This document shows, one piece after another, positions 28,158-37,026 of a stretch of DNA of 64,000 nt. A program made the translations under genes and the position numbers. The first letter of the stretch is position 1; the number at the start of each line of letters is the position of its first letter. The notes beneath the pieces are model-generated. The model ran no database searches. It had not been told where the DNA came from and saw only the letters and a program-made list of their open reading frames with translations. Source of the DNA: Verrucomicrobiota bacterium (GTDB lineage: Bacteria > Verrucomicrobiota > Verrucomicrobiia > Opitutales > Cerasicoccaceae); NCBI GenBank assembly GCA_039818205.1, contig JBCBUK010000005.1, forward strand, positions 64,001 through 128,000. The letters run 5' to 3'.

Positions 28158-29591
28158 ATGCATCTCCAAGCAAAATACACGAAGCGATTATGTCTTTACG
28201 GTTTATCGGTATTGGCGTGCGTTCTGGCGATCGAGCTTCCAGCGCAGGATCAAGACAATCCAGTCAAAGAGTATCCACCTTTGAAGAAGTTGTCCTTTGA
28301 TGAAAACCCGCGTGCTTACTGGAATTTTAAAAACAGCGGCAACCCGGTCGATTACTTGAAATTCGTTCCATTTGACGAAAACGGCGAGCACTTTGTCAGC
28401 TTTGGCGGGCTGGTTCGGCAGCGGTATGAGTACGTGAACAATCCGGACTTCGGAGCTACTCCTCAAGACAACGATGGCGCATGGCTTCAACGATACCTAG
28501 CGCACGTGGATCTGCATCTGGGAATGCGCTTTCGGGCGTATGTTGAGTTTATTGGGGCCGTGGCCGTAGGTCGGCCAAGCAGGCCAAGTCCGGTGGATGA
28601 GAATCAGCTCGATATACTCAACGGCTTTGTCGATGTGACGCTCATTCAAGAGGGGGATCAAAGTCTTACCTTTCGCACTATTCGACAGGAATTGGAGTAT
28701 GGCTCGGGCCGTCTTGTTGACGTTCGCGAAGGCCCTAATGTGCGGCGCACTTTTGATGCAGCCAAGCTCATGTACCGATTGCCTGGTTGGCAGATTGATC
28801 TGCTTTACGGCCGCCCCCTAGAGAACCGTCGCGGCTTTTTTGATGATGTGAGCAACGAAGAGCAGGCGCTGTGGGGCGTCTATGCCAGTGGCGGCAAAGA
28901 CTGGGCGCCGGTGGGCTCACTCGACGCTTACTACCTCGGCTACAGGAATGATAATAGCGCCTATGTTGTTGGCGTTGCCCGAGAGACACGTCACACAGTC
29001 GGAATTCGCCTGTGGGGCGACCATCAAGGCTGGGACTGGAACTGGGAAGGCATTTTCCAACTTGGCGAGTTCGGCCCGAATGACATTCTCGCCTGGTCAT
29101 TCGCCACAGATACGGGCTATACGTTTGAGGAGTTGGCGTGGACACCGCGTCTGGCGCTCAGCGCAAACATTGCCAGTGGCAATCAGAACCCAGCTGGCGG
29201 CACATTAAACACCTTTAACCCCCTGTTCCCGCGTGGTAACTATTTCTCCGAGGCTGCCATTCTCGGGCCAAGAAACTTCTTTAATTTGCACCCGTTCATT
29301 ACGGTTCGCCCGATGGCAAAGCTCGAGTTGACCGCAGATGTCAATTTTTTCTGGCGACTGGAGACCACTGATGGGGTCTATTCCCCGAGTGGCCAAATCT
29401 TACGCAGTGGGCAAAACACGAATGATCGCTATGTGGGCGCGGCAGTTTCATTCACTTCGAGCTACGAAATCATGCGCGGCCTAAGCCTAACTGCTATCTA
29501 CTCCCACTTTTTCCCAGGTGACTTTATCCAAGCGACAGGCCCTTCTGAAGCAATCGATTTTATTGAACTCACGTTGCAGTTTCAGTTTTAG
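28158..29591 (+). CDS. Alginate export family outer-membrane beta-barrel protein
   Basis: RQELEYGSGRLVDVREGPNVRRTFDA, TFNPLFPRGNYF, C-terminal Phe; signal peptide. Confidence 0.9.
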   Translation: MHLQAKYTKRLCLYGLSVLACVLAIELPAQDQDNPVKEYPPLKKLSFDENPRAYWNFKNSGNPVDYLKFVPFDENGEHFVSFGGLVRQRYEYVNNPDFGATPQDNDGAWLQRYLAHVDLHLGMRFRAYVEFIGAVAVGRPSRPSPVDENQLDILNGFVDVTLIQEGDQSLTFRTIRQELEYGSGRLVDVREGPNVRRTFDAAKLMYRLPGWQIDLLYGRPLENRRGFFDDVSNEEQALWGVYASGGKDWAPVGSLDAYYLGYRNDNSAYVVGVARETRHTVGIRLWGDHQGWDWNWEGIFQLGEFGPNDILAWSFATDTGYTFEELAWTPRLALSANIASGNQNPAGGTLNTFNPLFPRGNYFSEAAILGPRNFFNLHPFITVRPMAKLELTADVNFFWRLETTDGVYSPSGQILRSGQNTNDRYVGAAVSFTSSYEIMRGLSLTAIYSHFFPGDFIQATGPSEAIDFIELTLQFQF

Positions 29592-29680
29592 ACCGGAGTA
29601 GCGCCGTCTCTTTCCGCCCCCTGATGTCTGTAATCCGAAATCCGTGAAGAGGCAATTTAACAGGCATTGCAGGCAAGAGG

Positions 29681-29910
29681 TCGGCGGTAGGGTTTGAAGC
29701 CCTTCCGCGAGAACTTCACCATGAAAGAATAGCGTTCGTGTTTTACCGGATATACCTTCGCTTCGTTCACTTATACCTCGTTTTATACCGATTATTCAGG
29801 TTTGCGAGTATTTTTGTGCACTAATAGCCGGTTTCGCCGTTTTCACGTGAAACCCTGATTAGCACTAGCGTCCACTCGTTTTTAGAGTGGTACTCCCGCC
29901 GGGAGTCGAA
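29681..29910 (-). repeat. Inverted copy of the tRNA-Arg 3' end, leader and integrase 5' end
   Basis: The reverse complement matches about 11003-11232 with only a few substitutions. Confidence 0.95.
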
Positions 29911-30393
29911 TCCTCTCGAGTCGTTCATCTATTTTCGCCGTCTTCATCGTGGACTCGGCTAGCGATGCCTTCGCTACTAACATCGATTTCTACTCGGCTG
30001 AGCCGGCTTTCTCGCCGCATACTTTGGAGGTCAATCAGCTTGGGATTCAAATTGCCCGAGGATTGCCTGTAGGGTCTCAGTTTGCGTTTCTGGCTGAGTA
30101 ATGCATTGAGATTCTTACACTGAAAATCTCTCCTATTGCTTCTTATTAAACATGTATCGATGAATTTTCCAGGAGCCGGCTTCCTTTCTCAGGACAAAAA
30201 GTTCTCGGTTTTCTTCAGACACCTTTTCATCTGTTGCGCGAATCAAAACCGTTCCTTTTGAGCTCGTCCGCACATAGGCGAAGTCGCCAAGCACGGCTAT
30301 CTCATCAATGTAAAATTCTATATCGAGCAGTGTTCCGATTGCCTTGTTTCGTATGACCGAAGAGAGTACCCGGTTGATCCTTTCGATGTTGGC

Positions 30394-31968
30394 TCAGTTT
30401 TGAGCATGCGGCGCGGAGGCTTCGCCTGCGATATAGCGGTTCAGCAGTCCATTCATCTCTTGAACCCGTTCAGGATGTTCCAGGGCCAGATTTGTCTTCT
30501 GCGCCAAGTCGGCTTTCAGATTATAAAGTAATCCCGTGCTTGTTTCAGCTGCGTACCCCCGTTCTTCGTTGAACCAATCAGGAGACTTGGAATGCTCACC
30601 GGTGTGTGAGTTGAGATACACCCAATCACCTTGGCGAATCGCAAAGCGCCCTGGCCTCGTATTCTGAACCGTAGCAGTGCGCAGTGGTTGGTCATATACC
30701 CGGCCGTTGAGCAGAGGCAATAGGTCGTAGCTATCGATCGCGTCCTTGGCGTCCAAGTTGTAATCTATGATACTAGCGAAAGTGGCTGCCAAATCGACCT
30801 GATTGATCACTTCCTCCGAAACGCTACCGGCTTCAATCACACCCGGCCAACTGATAATAAACGGGACCCGGTGGCCTCCTTCCCAAAGATCGCGCTTCAA
30901 TCCGCGAAGCGGGCCGGAACTCCAGTGTTCATAGTTTTTCAACCGGTCATAGGCAAAGGTTTCCGCTCCATTGTCGGCGGTAAAAACCACAATGGTATTC
31001 TTCGCCAAGCCAGCATCTTCCACCGCTTTCAGAATGCGCCCCACCATGGCATCAGTCTCGACCACAAAGTCTCCGTATGGCCCAACACCCGATTTTCCCC
31101 GATACTCCTTGTTCGGCACAATCGGCTCATGAGGGGAAGGAAATGCAAAATACAAGAAGAACGGTTTTTCCGCGTGTTGCGATTCAATCCATTTCACCGC
31201 CTTATCAGTCATGCGTGGCAACACATCGTAGGGATTCCAACTTGGAGCAGCAGGACCCGGCCGACTACCCCAGTCTCCCTCAACAATCGGCTCAAACTTT
31301 GATAAATCGAGCATCTCAGCCGGAGCTTCCAACACCCGGTCGTTTTCAATAAAACAATAAGGTGGAAAGTTAATCGTTCCATCGCCGAAATAGTAATCGA
31401 ATCCCTGGTCTAAAGGACCACCGGGAACCGGCTTTGTCCAATCAATCGCATCGACCGCGTATGTACTCCTCATCAAGACCCGGCCGTCGGGACGATTCCA
31501 ACGCACCCGCGTCATCTCTGCTCCCGGCTTGACCACCGCATTCCAATCCCAGCCAAGATGCCACTTGCCAATCGCGGCTGTGTTGTAGCCCTTCTCGCTA
31601 AACATTTTCGGCAGGGTAAAATCATCTGGCTTAAAGACTGACGGACCAAACGATTGCACGATCTTATGAAAACGGCGCCAGTGATACTGTCCCGTTAGAA
31701 GCGCGAATCGACTCGGAGTGCAAACTCCTGATGAGCTGTGGCCATCGGTAAAGCGCATGCCCTGCGCGGTCAGTCCATCCAAATGCGGCGTCGGGATTCT
31801 ACAATCCGGATTGTTCGCGACCAAATCGCCATAGCCCATGTCATCAGCGTATAAGATAATCACGTTCGGCTTCCCAGCTACCGCTTCAGAACTCGACAAA
31901 AGTCCACCGGCGACCAGGGCCCAAACGAACCCCAATGCCACGTTCAACGTCATTGTTGTTTTTCTCAT
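30394..31968 (-). CDS. Arylsulfatase (S1 family, Cys-type), secreted
   Basis: [38 protein letters not shown]. Confidence 0.95.
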   Translation of the reverse strand: MRKTTMTLNVALGFVWALVAGGLLSSSEAVAGKPNVIILYADDMGYGDLVANNPDCRIPTPHLDGLTAQGMRFTDGHSSSGVCTPSRFALLTGQYHWRRFHKIVQSFGPSVFKPDDFTLPKMFSEKGYNTAAIGKWHLGWDWNAVVKPGAEMTRVRWNRPDGRVLMRSTYAVDAIDWTKPVPGGPLDQGFDYYFGDGTINFPPYCFIENDRVLEAPAEMLDLSKFEPIVEGDWGSRPGPAAPSWNPYDVLPRMTDKAVKWIESQHAEKPFFLYFAFPSPHEPIVPNKEYRGKSGVGPYGDFVVETDAMVGRILKAVEDAGLAKNTIVVFTADNGAETFAYDRLKNYEHWSSGPLRGLKRDLWEGGHRVPFIISWPGVIEAGSVSEEVINQVDLAATFASIIDYNLDAKDAIDSYDLLPLLNGRVYDQPLRTATVQNTRPGRFAIRQGDWVYLNSHTGEHSKSPDWFNEERGYAAETSTGLLYNLKADLAQKTNLALEHPERVQEMNGLLNRYIAGEASAPHAQN

Positions 31969-32039
31969 ACCGTTCACACCTTCAAATTTATTATTCAGCA
32001 ACATTGTTAAAGCCCGTTCTTCCGCGCACCTGGAATGCA

Positions 32040-33704
32040 TCATTCGTTACTTTCGACGATTGTGAGAATTCGGGGAAACTCATCATCCGTATCGCCAATC
32101 TGTTCCCGCTGCGCTGCCAGCTCTCTTTTCAGCGACGCAATGACATCCTTGTACTCAGGATCATCATATCTGTTATGGTTCTCCGCGGGGTCGCGCTCTA
32201 GATCGTAGAATTCCCACGCGACCGGCGTATCCAGTCCAAAGCGATTTCCTCCATACTGAGCCACAACCTTCTTGTTATGCACATCCTTGAAATCTGACCC
32301 GTAATAGAAGATGAGCTTGTAACGCTTGGTTCGGATGCCGAAATGCGCCGGAATATAGTGGTGCGCCATGTGCATCCAGTAGCGGTAGTAGGTCGACGTC
32401 CTCCAGTCCTCCGGTTCCGGCTGTCCCTTCAACGCGCCAACCACACTGTGCCCCTGCATATAATCCGGACGCCCTACCCCCGCAAGTTCCAGCAGGGTCG
32501 GCGCAAAGTCGGTGTTATTGATCAGCCAGTCATTTCGCGCCCCTGCCTTGACCATTGGCGGATAGTGGATGATCAAGGGCATGTGAATGGACTCTTCGTA
32601 CATCCAGCGCTTGTCGATAAAATCATGTTCGCCCAGACACATTCCCTGGTCACTGGTGTATATGATCACAGTGTTGTCCATTAGATCATTCTGCTGCAGG
32701 TAATTGAGCAGGCGCTGAAGGTTGTCATCAATGCCTTTAACGCAGCGTAGATATTTTTTCAGATAAAGCTGGTAGGTGAGATGAGTCCTTTCCTTATCCG
32801 ACAACTCGCGACCATCGACCATTCTGTCGATTTGCTTTGCCCATCGTTTGCCATAGCTCTTTTTAGTGCGGCTCGAGACAGTGGAACCAATCTGGCTCCC
32901 CCGAGAGCCGACCGAACCAAAGTTTGGACCTGGCTGATCATAAAGATTACTCGGCTCGGGAATCTCAACATCGGCCAAGTAGCCTTCGTAACGCCGAGCA
33001 TACTCAAACATATCATGCGGAGCCTTAAAGTGCTGCATGAGAAAAAACGGCTTCGACTTATCGCGCCCGTTTTCCAGCCACTCCAGGGAAAGGTCCGTGA
33101 TCACGTCGGAGGAATGCCCTTTCATATGAACGACGGGAACTGATTTGGTCAGAGTGCTGTCGAATCGAATGCGTTCCGGCGTTCCACCTTCGCTGACATG
33201 TATGATCGGATCATAGTATTTTCCTTGTCCGGCCAACACTGCGTAATAGTCGAAATAGGCTGGATCTTGCTTCAGATGCCACTTACCGACGACCGCCGTA
33301 GCATAGCCTGCCTGCTGCATCTCCCGAGAAAGGTGACTCTTTTCGCCCGGCAACGAATCATACAGGTCGAACACCTTGTTGCGGTGAGAATACTGCCCGG
33401 TCATAATTGAAGCGCGGCTCGGCGTGCAAATCGAGTTCACGCAGAATACATTTTCAAAAACCATTCCCGCAGACGCCAAGCGATCCAGATTGGGTGTCGG
33501 ATTCAGCTGCGCCAGCCGTTTCCCATAAGCACCAACCGCAGCGGTCGCATGGTCGTCACACATGATAAACAGAATATTCGGCTTACCTTTCGCGGATGCC
33601 TCATGGATGGACTGATCCGCTGCATGCGAGGCGGACAAAGTTGCGACTAGGCAACATAAAAAAACAGACACCAAGCGGGAGCAAAGGTTGTGGGGGTTAA
33701 TCAT
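32040..33704 (-). CDS. Sulfatase (S1 family, Cys-type), secreted
   Basis: [38 protein letters not shown]. Confidence 0.95.
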   Translation of the reverse strand: MINPHNLCSRLVSVFLCCLVATLSASHAADQSIHEASAKGKPNILFIMCDDHATAAVGAYGKRLAQLNPTPNLDRLASAGMVFENVFCVNSICTPSRASIMTGQYSHRNKVFDLYDSLPGEKSHLSREMQQAGYATAVVGKWHLKQDPAYFDYYAVLAGQGKYYDPIIHVSEGGTPERIRFDSTLTKSVPVVHMKGHSSDVITDLSLEWLENGRDKSKPFFLMQHFKAPHDMFEYARRYEGYLADVEIPEPSNLYDQPGPNFGSVGSRGSQIGSTVSSRTKKSYGKRWAKQIDRMVDGRELSDKERTHLTYQLYLKKYLRCVKGIDDNLQRLLNYLQQNDLMDNTVIIYTSDQGMCLGEHDFIDKRWMYEESIHMPLIIHYPPMVKAGARNDWLINNTDFAPTLLELAGVGRPDYMQGHSVVGALKGQPEPEDWRTSTYYRYWMHMAHHYIPAHFGIRTKRYKLIFYYGSDFKDVHNKKVVAQYGGNRFGLDTPVAWEFYDLERDPAENHNRYDDPEYKDVIASLKRELAAQREQIGDTDDEFPRILTIVESNE

Positions 33705-33844
33705 ACCAAGTATTCTATAGAAACAGAAGGTTACTGTAACTCGCACCTTCCAGGTGCAAAATCATCGGTCTGTCGCCGAAAAACTGGTAACATTCATTGC
33801 GATAGTTTTCATTCATTGTCCAAAGTAACGCTAAGGGAGTGTTA

Positions 33845-35263
33845 TTAGAAGGCTCCCATCGACACTTGCTCATCACCGAGCGTCTTTTGCTGCATCATCA
33901 GAATTTTGGAAAGCCTCTCGATGACTGCTCGATTTTCAGGCAGGTCAGAAACATCCATAAGTTCGTTGGGGTCGGTCTCCAGATCGAACAACCGGAATTT
34001 GTCCACATTCGTATAGTAGATCAGCTTCCACTGGCCGTGCACAATGCAACGACTCAAGTTTTTATATCCTCCATAAATCGGAACCGTATGCCCGGACGAG
34101 CCATCACGACCCAGCGGCAGAAGGCTCTCAAACTCAATATCCGCGTAGTCCGATCGGGACTGCCCCGCGATCTCGAGTGTCGTTGGCACCACATCCTGAA
34201 TGTAGATCCGCTGTTTGCTTCGCACACCCTTGGGGATTTCAGGACCGGCAATAATGAATGGCGAAGCCAGGCTATGGTCATACATGCTCTGCTTCGCCAT
34301 GAAGCTGTGGTTACCCAAGCTAAGCCCGTGATCTGCCGTGTAGATAATCACCGTATTCTCATACAGCCCTTCTTCCTTCAGTGTATCAATGATTCGCCCC
34401 AACTGAGTATCCAGATGACTGATCAACGCATAGTATTCACGACGGTGAGTTTTGATGGCAAATTCTGTGCGCGGTCGCGGTGCCATCCTTTCGGCTCGTA
34501 CATTCCAAACCCCAATCTGATTCGTGTAGGGATAGCTTTCCATAAAGCTATGCGGCAGCGGAACGGATTCAACTGGATATCGATCGAGATATGATTGAGG
34601 CGACTGGCGGGGATCGTGTGGTGCATTGAAAGCCACATAGGCAAAGAACGGTTTGCCATCATTGTCCCTGCCATAGTTTTGCAGGAATTCAATCGTCTCA
34701 TCAGCAGTGACAACGGACCAGTGTTTCCCGCCTTCCCAGTAGCCTTCCAGCATTAGGTCACTCGCGGACCAACGATCAGCCACTCCTTCAATCGGACGAT
34801 TATGGTCTCCGTCCGTGCTCGGCATCCCAGGCCGAATGGTGCCACAGAACTCAAAAAGCTGTTCCGGATCGTATCCTTTCACGTGCCATTTGCCTGCGAA
34901 AAAAGTCCGATACCCAGCACTTTGAAGACGTTGCGACCAGGACTTGTGCTTGAGGAGTTGATTGCCTTTTTGCAGCCGTTTTGCGTTCCAGAGCGAACGT
35001 CCGGTATTCAACATGGTTCTACTGGCGACACAAACAGCACCGCTCCAAGACCCCATATTGTAGGCCCGCTCAAAGTAGACCCCGGTAGAGGCGAGCGTAT
35101 CCATCGTTGGTGTTTGGACATAGCCATCGGTCATTAAACCGATCGAGTCGTAGGCATGATCGTCCGCAAAAAGAAAGAGGATATTGTATCGCTCGGCAGC
35201 ACTGAGCCCAACCGGACTCAAAACTACTGAGAACAATATGGCTATCAAGCGTCCGTTCTTCAT
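33845..35263 (-). CDS. Sulfatase (choline-sulfatase-like), secreted
   Basis: NILFLFADDH, AVCVASR, GKWH, APHDP, ADHG, KQSMYDHS. Confidence 0.93.
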   Translation of the reverse strand: MKNGRLIAILFSVVLSPVGLSAAERYNILFLFADDHAYDSIGLMTDGYVQTPTMDTLASTGVYFERAYNMGSWSGAVCVASRTMLNTGRSLWNAKRLQKGNQLLKHKSWSQRLQSAGYRTFFAGKWHVKGYDPEQLFEFCGTIRPGMPSTDGDHNRPIEGVADRWSASDLMLEGYWEGGKHWSVVTADETIEFLQNYGRDNDGKPFFAYVAFNAPHDPRQSPQSYLDRYPVESVPLPHSFMESYPYTNQIGVWNVRAERMAPRPRTEFAIKTHRREYYALISHLDTQLGRIIDTLKEEGLYENTVIIYTADHGLSLGNHSFMAKQSMYDHSLASPFIIAGPEIPKGVRSKQRIYIQDVVPTTLEIAGQSRSDYADIEFESLLPLGRDGSSGHTVPIYGGYKNLSRCIVHGQWKLIYYTNVDKFRLFDLETDPNELMDVSDLPENRAVIERLSKILMMQQKTLGDEQVSMGAF

Positions 35264-35603
35264 CTTCTCCCGGGGGCAATCGGCTTCATTTTAGACTTTC
35301 TAGTGCGCTGGAGAGATTTAGTCAATTGACTAAACAAACGAGCGTGGTTAGATTCTACTCGCGCGCAAACCAATCCGTTCAATGCTTTAAAACTTGGATC
35401 AGCATGGAGGTTCCTGGCCGTTATCGCCGATCTAAATAGGCTCTGTGCCTGGCGCCCCCTGGATTGTAATATTTAGTCACAAAATAATGTTGCCGAGGGA
35501 TTTACACAATCAATAGGATCAGCCTCATTCGTGTGACACCACCCAGTGTTAGAACCGCTAACAATTGCATCGTGTACCTAGACTAACCGGTTAGGGGAAG
35601 AGA

Positions 35604-35975
35604 ATGAAACTAGACCACATCCAATTGGCGATGCCAAAGGGAGAAGAAGAGAAAGCACGAAGCTTCTTCTCGGGCATCCTAGGAATGACCGAAGATGAAA
35701 AGCCATATCCTCTTAGCGAAAGGGGCGGATGCTGGTTTCGGAAAGAAGGCGCAATTCTCCACGTCGGCGTTGAGATAGAGTTTTCTCCGCAAAAAAAAGC
35801 CCACCCTGCTTTCTTAGTTTCAAACCTCAACGAACTCGAAATAAGACTGAAAGAAGAAGAATTCGAGGTAGTATGGGACGAAGCACTACCCAATCGCACA
35901 CGATTCTACTCGACCGACCCCTTCGGGAATCGAATAGAGTTTATAAAAGACGGGGACGGCTTCTCACAGAAATGA
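35604..35975 (+). CDS. Glyoxalase/VOC family protein (probable solo integron cassette)
   Basis: LDHIQL...ARSFF...GCWF...HVG...KKAHPAF...DPFGNRIEF. Confidence 0.92.
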   Translation: MKLDHIQLAMPKGEEEKARSFFSGILGMTEDEKPYPLSERGGCWFRKEGAILHVGVEIEFSPQKKAHPAFLVSNLNELEIRLKEEEFEVVWDEALPNRTRFYSTDPFGNRIEFIKDGDGFSQK

Positions 35976-36283
35976 AAAACAAATCCAACTAGGCGGCTGC
36001 TGCAGCTTGAGAAGCGCTCCGTAACACCTCCACGCTTGAGAAGGAAACATGAAGACATTCGAGCTATTGTTCCGCTACTGCAAGAGGTGACATCAAGCGG
36101 CGTATTTGGCTGGAGGGTGACGGAAGCATGCTGCGACCTTTTTGGGTTGAATTGAGAGCATGGATACTGCGACTTTGACCTTTGCTTTTAGGTGAAGTAG
36201 TCACGACACAACCACTTCTCTCGAGGCTCCTGCGGGAATCAAATGGCCGGGCTAGTCAACAAAGCGATCGGCAGCGCCCTTCC

Positions 36284-36832
36284 CTACCACTTCATCATCG
36301 GCAACGGATTCAATGGGCGGCTCCAGAATTCCTTTCTGGCGATTCGAATAAGGTTATTGTGAAAGCCAAAGTTTGCTATGGCATCCTGAACCCGCTTCAC
36401 CTCGGCTTTAGGCAAACCGAACCGACGCATGCCCATCGTGGCGTCAACCCAATCCCCTTTTCGCATGACCTCGACCAACGGCGGAAAGTCACTTGGACAA
36501 GCCCGAAAACGATGGTGGTATTCAATCATCAGCGAGATTTCTTGCTGCCAATCATCCCGACCCGTTCGAGCCAGAAACTCCTGAGCCAACTTGATCGAAG
36601 GCGCGAGGTAATCGATCTCATCGCCAGGCCACATTCCAAGATCGTGACAGGCGGCCGCAATAGCCAGCTTTTCCCGCCCTTCGGGACTCGGCCCATGGAA
36701 CATCAAGCAAAAATTGAGCACCCGATAGACGTGGTTCTTGTAAGGCAGGACCTGCTCGCCCATGTGGTGCTGATGGCCGCCAATAATCTCCTCTACGAGA
36801 CAATCATGCTCAACAATCGAATCCATAAACAA
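36284..36832 (-). CDS. HD-domain-like protein
   Basis: YKNHVYRV...AAACHDLG...YHH...D motif. Confidence 0.75.
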   Translation of the reverse strand: MFMDSIVEHDCLVEEIIGGHQHHMGEQVLPYKNHVYRVLNFCLMFHGPSPEGREKLAIAAACHDLGMWPGDEIDYLAPSIKLAQEFLARTGRDDWQQEISLMIEYHHRFRACPSDFPPLVEVMRKGDWVDATMGMRRFGLPKAEVKRVQDAIANFGFHNNLIRIARKEFWSRPLNPLPMMKW

Positions 36833-37026
36833 ACGTTACTTATTTCGTGCGAACAATGCGACCCAAAGCGCAATGTTTCGCAAACATTTGCGTAAAAACC
36901 ACATAGCTATATCCCGAGAAACCGCTATGAAGGAACGAGGATTTATAAAATTCCCAGATTGACCTGCGCTCAATTATCATTAATAAGGTGAAATTGTAAT
37001 ATTTTATTACAACAATTTCCCTACCA

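Noticed and set aside
29887..30100. Gene next to the inverted att copy
   Set aside because: The listed 61-aa ORF starts inside the repeat. Another frame (...VFIVDSASDAFATNIDF...FLAE) may be a gene tail but has no start or assignable family.
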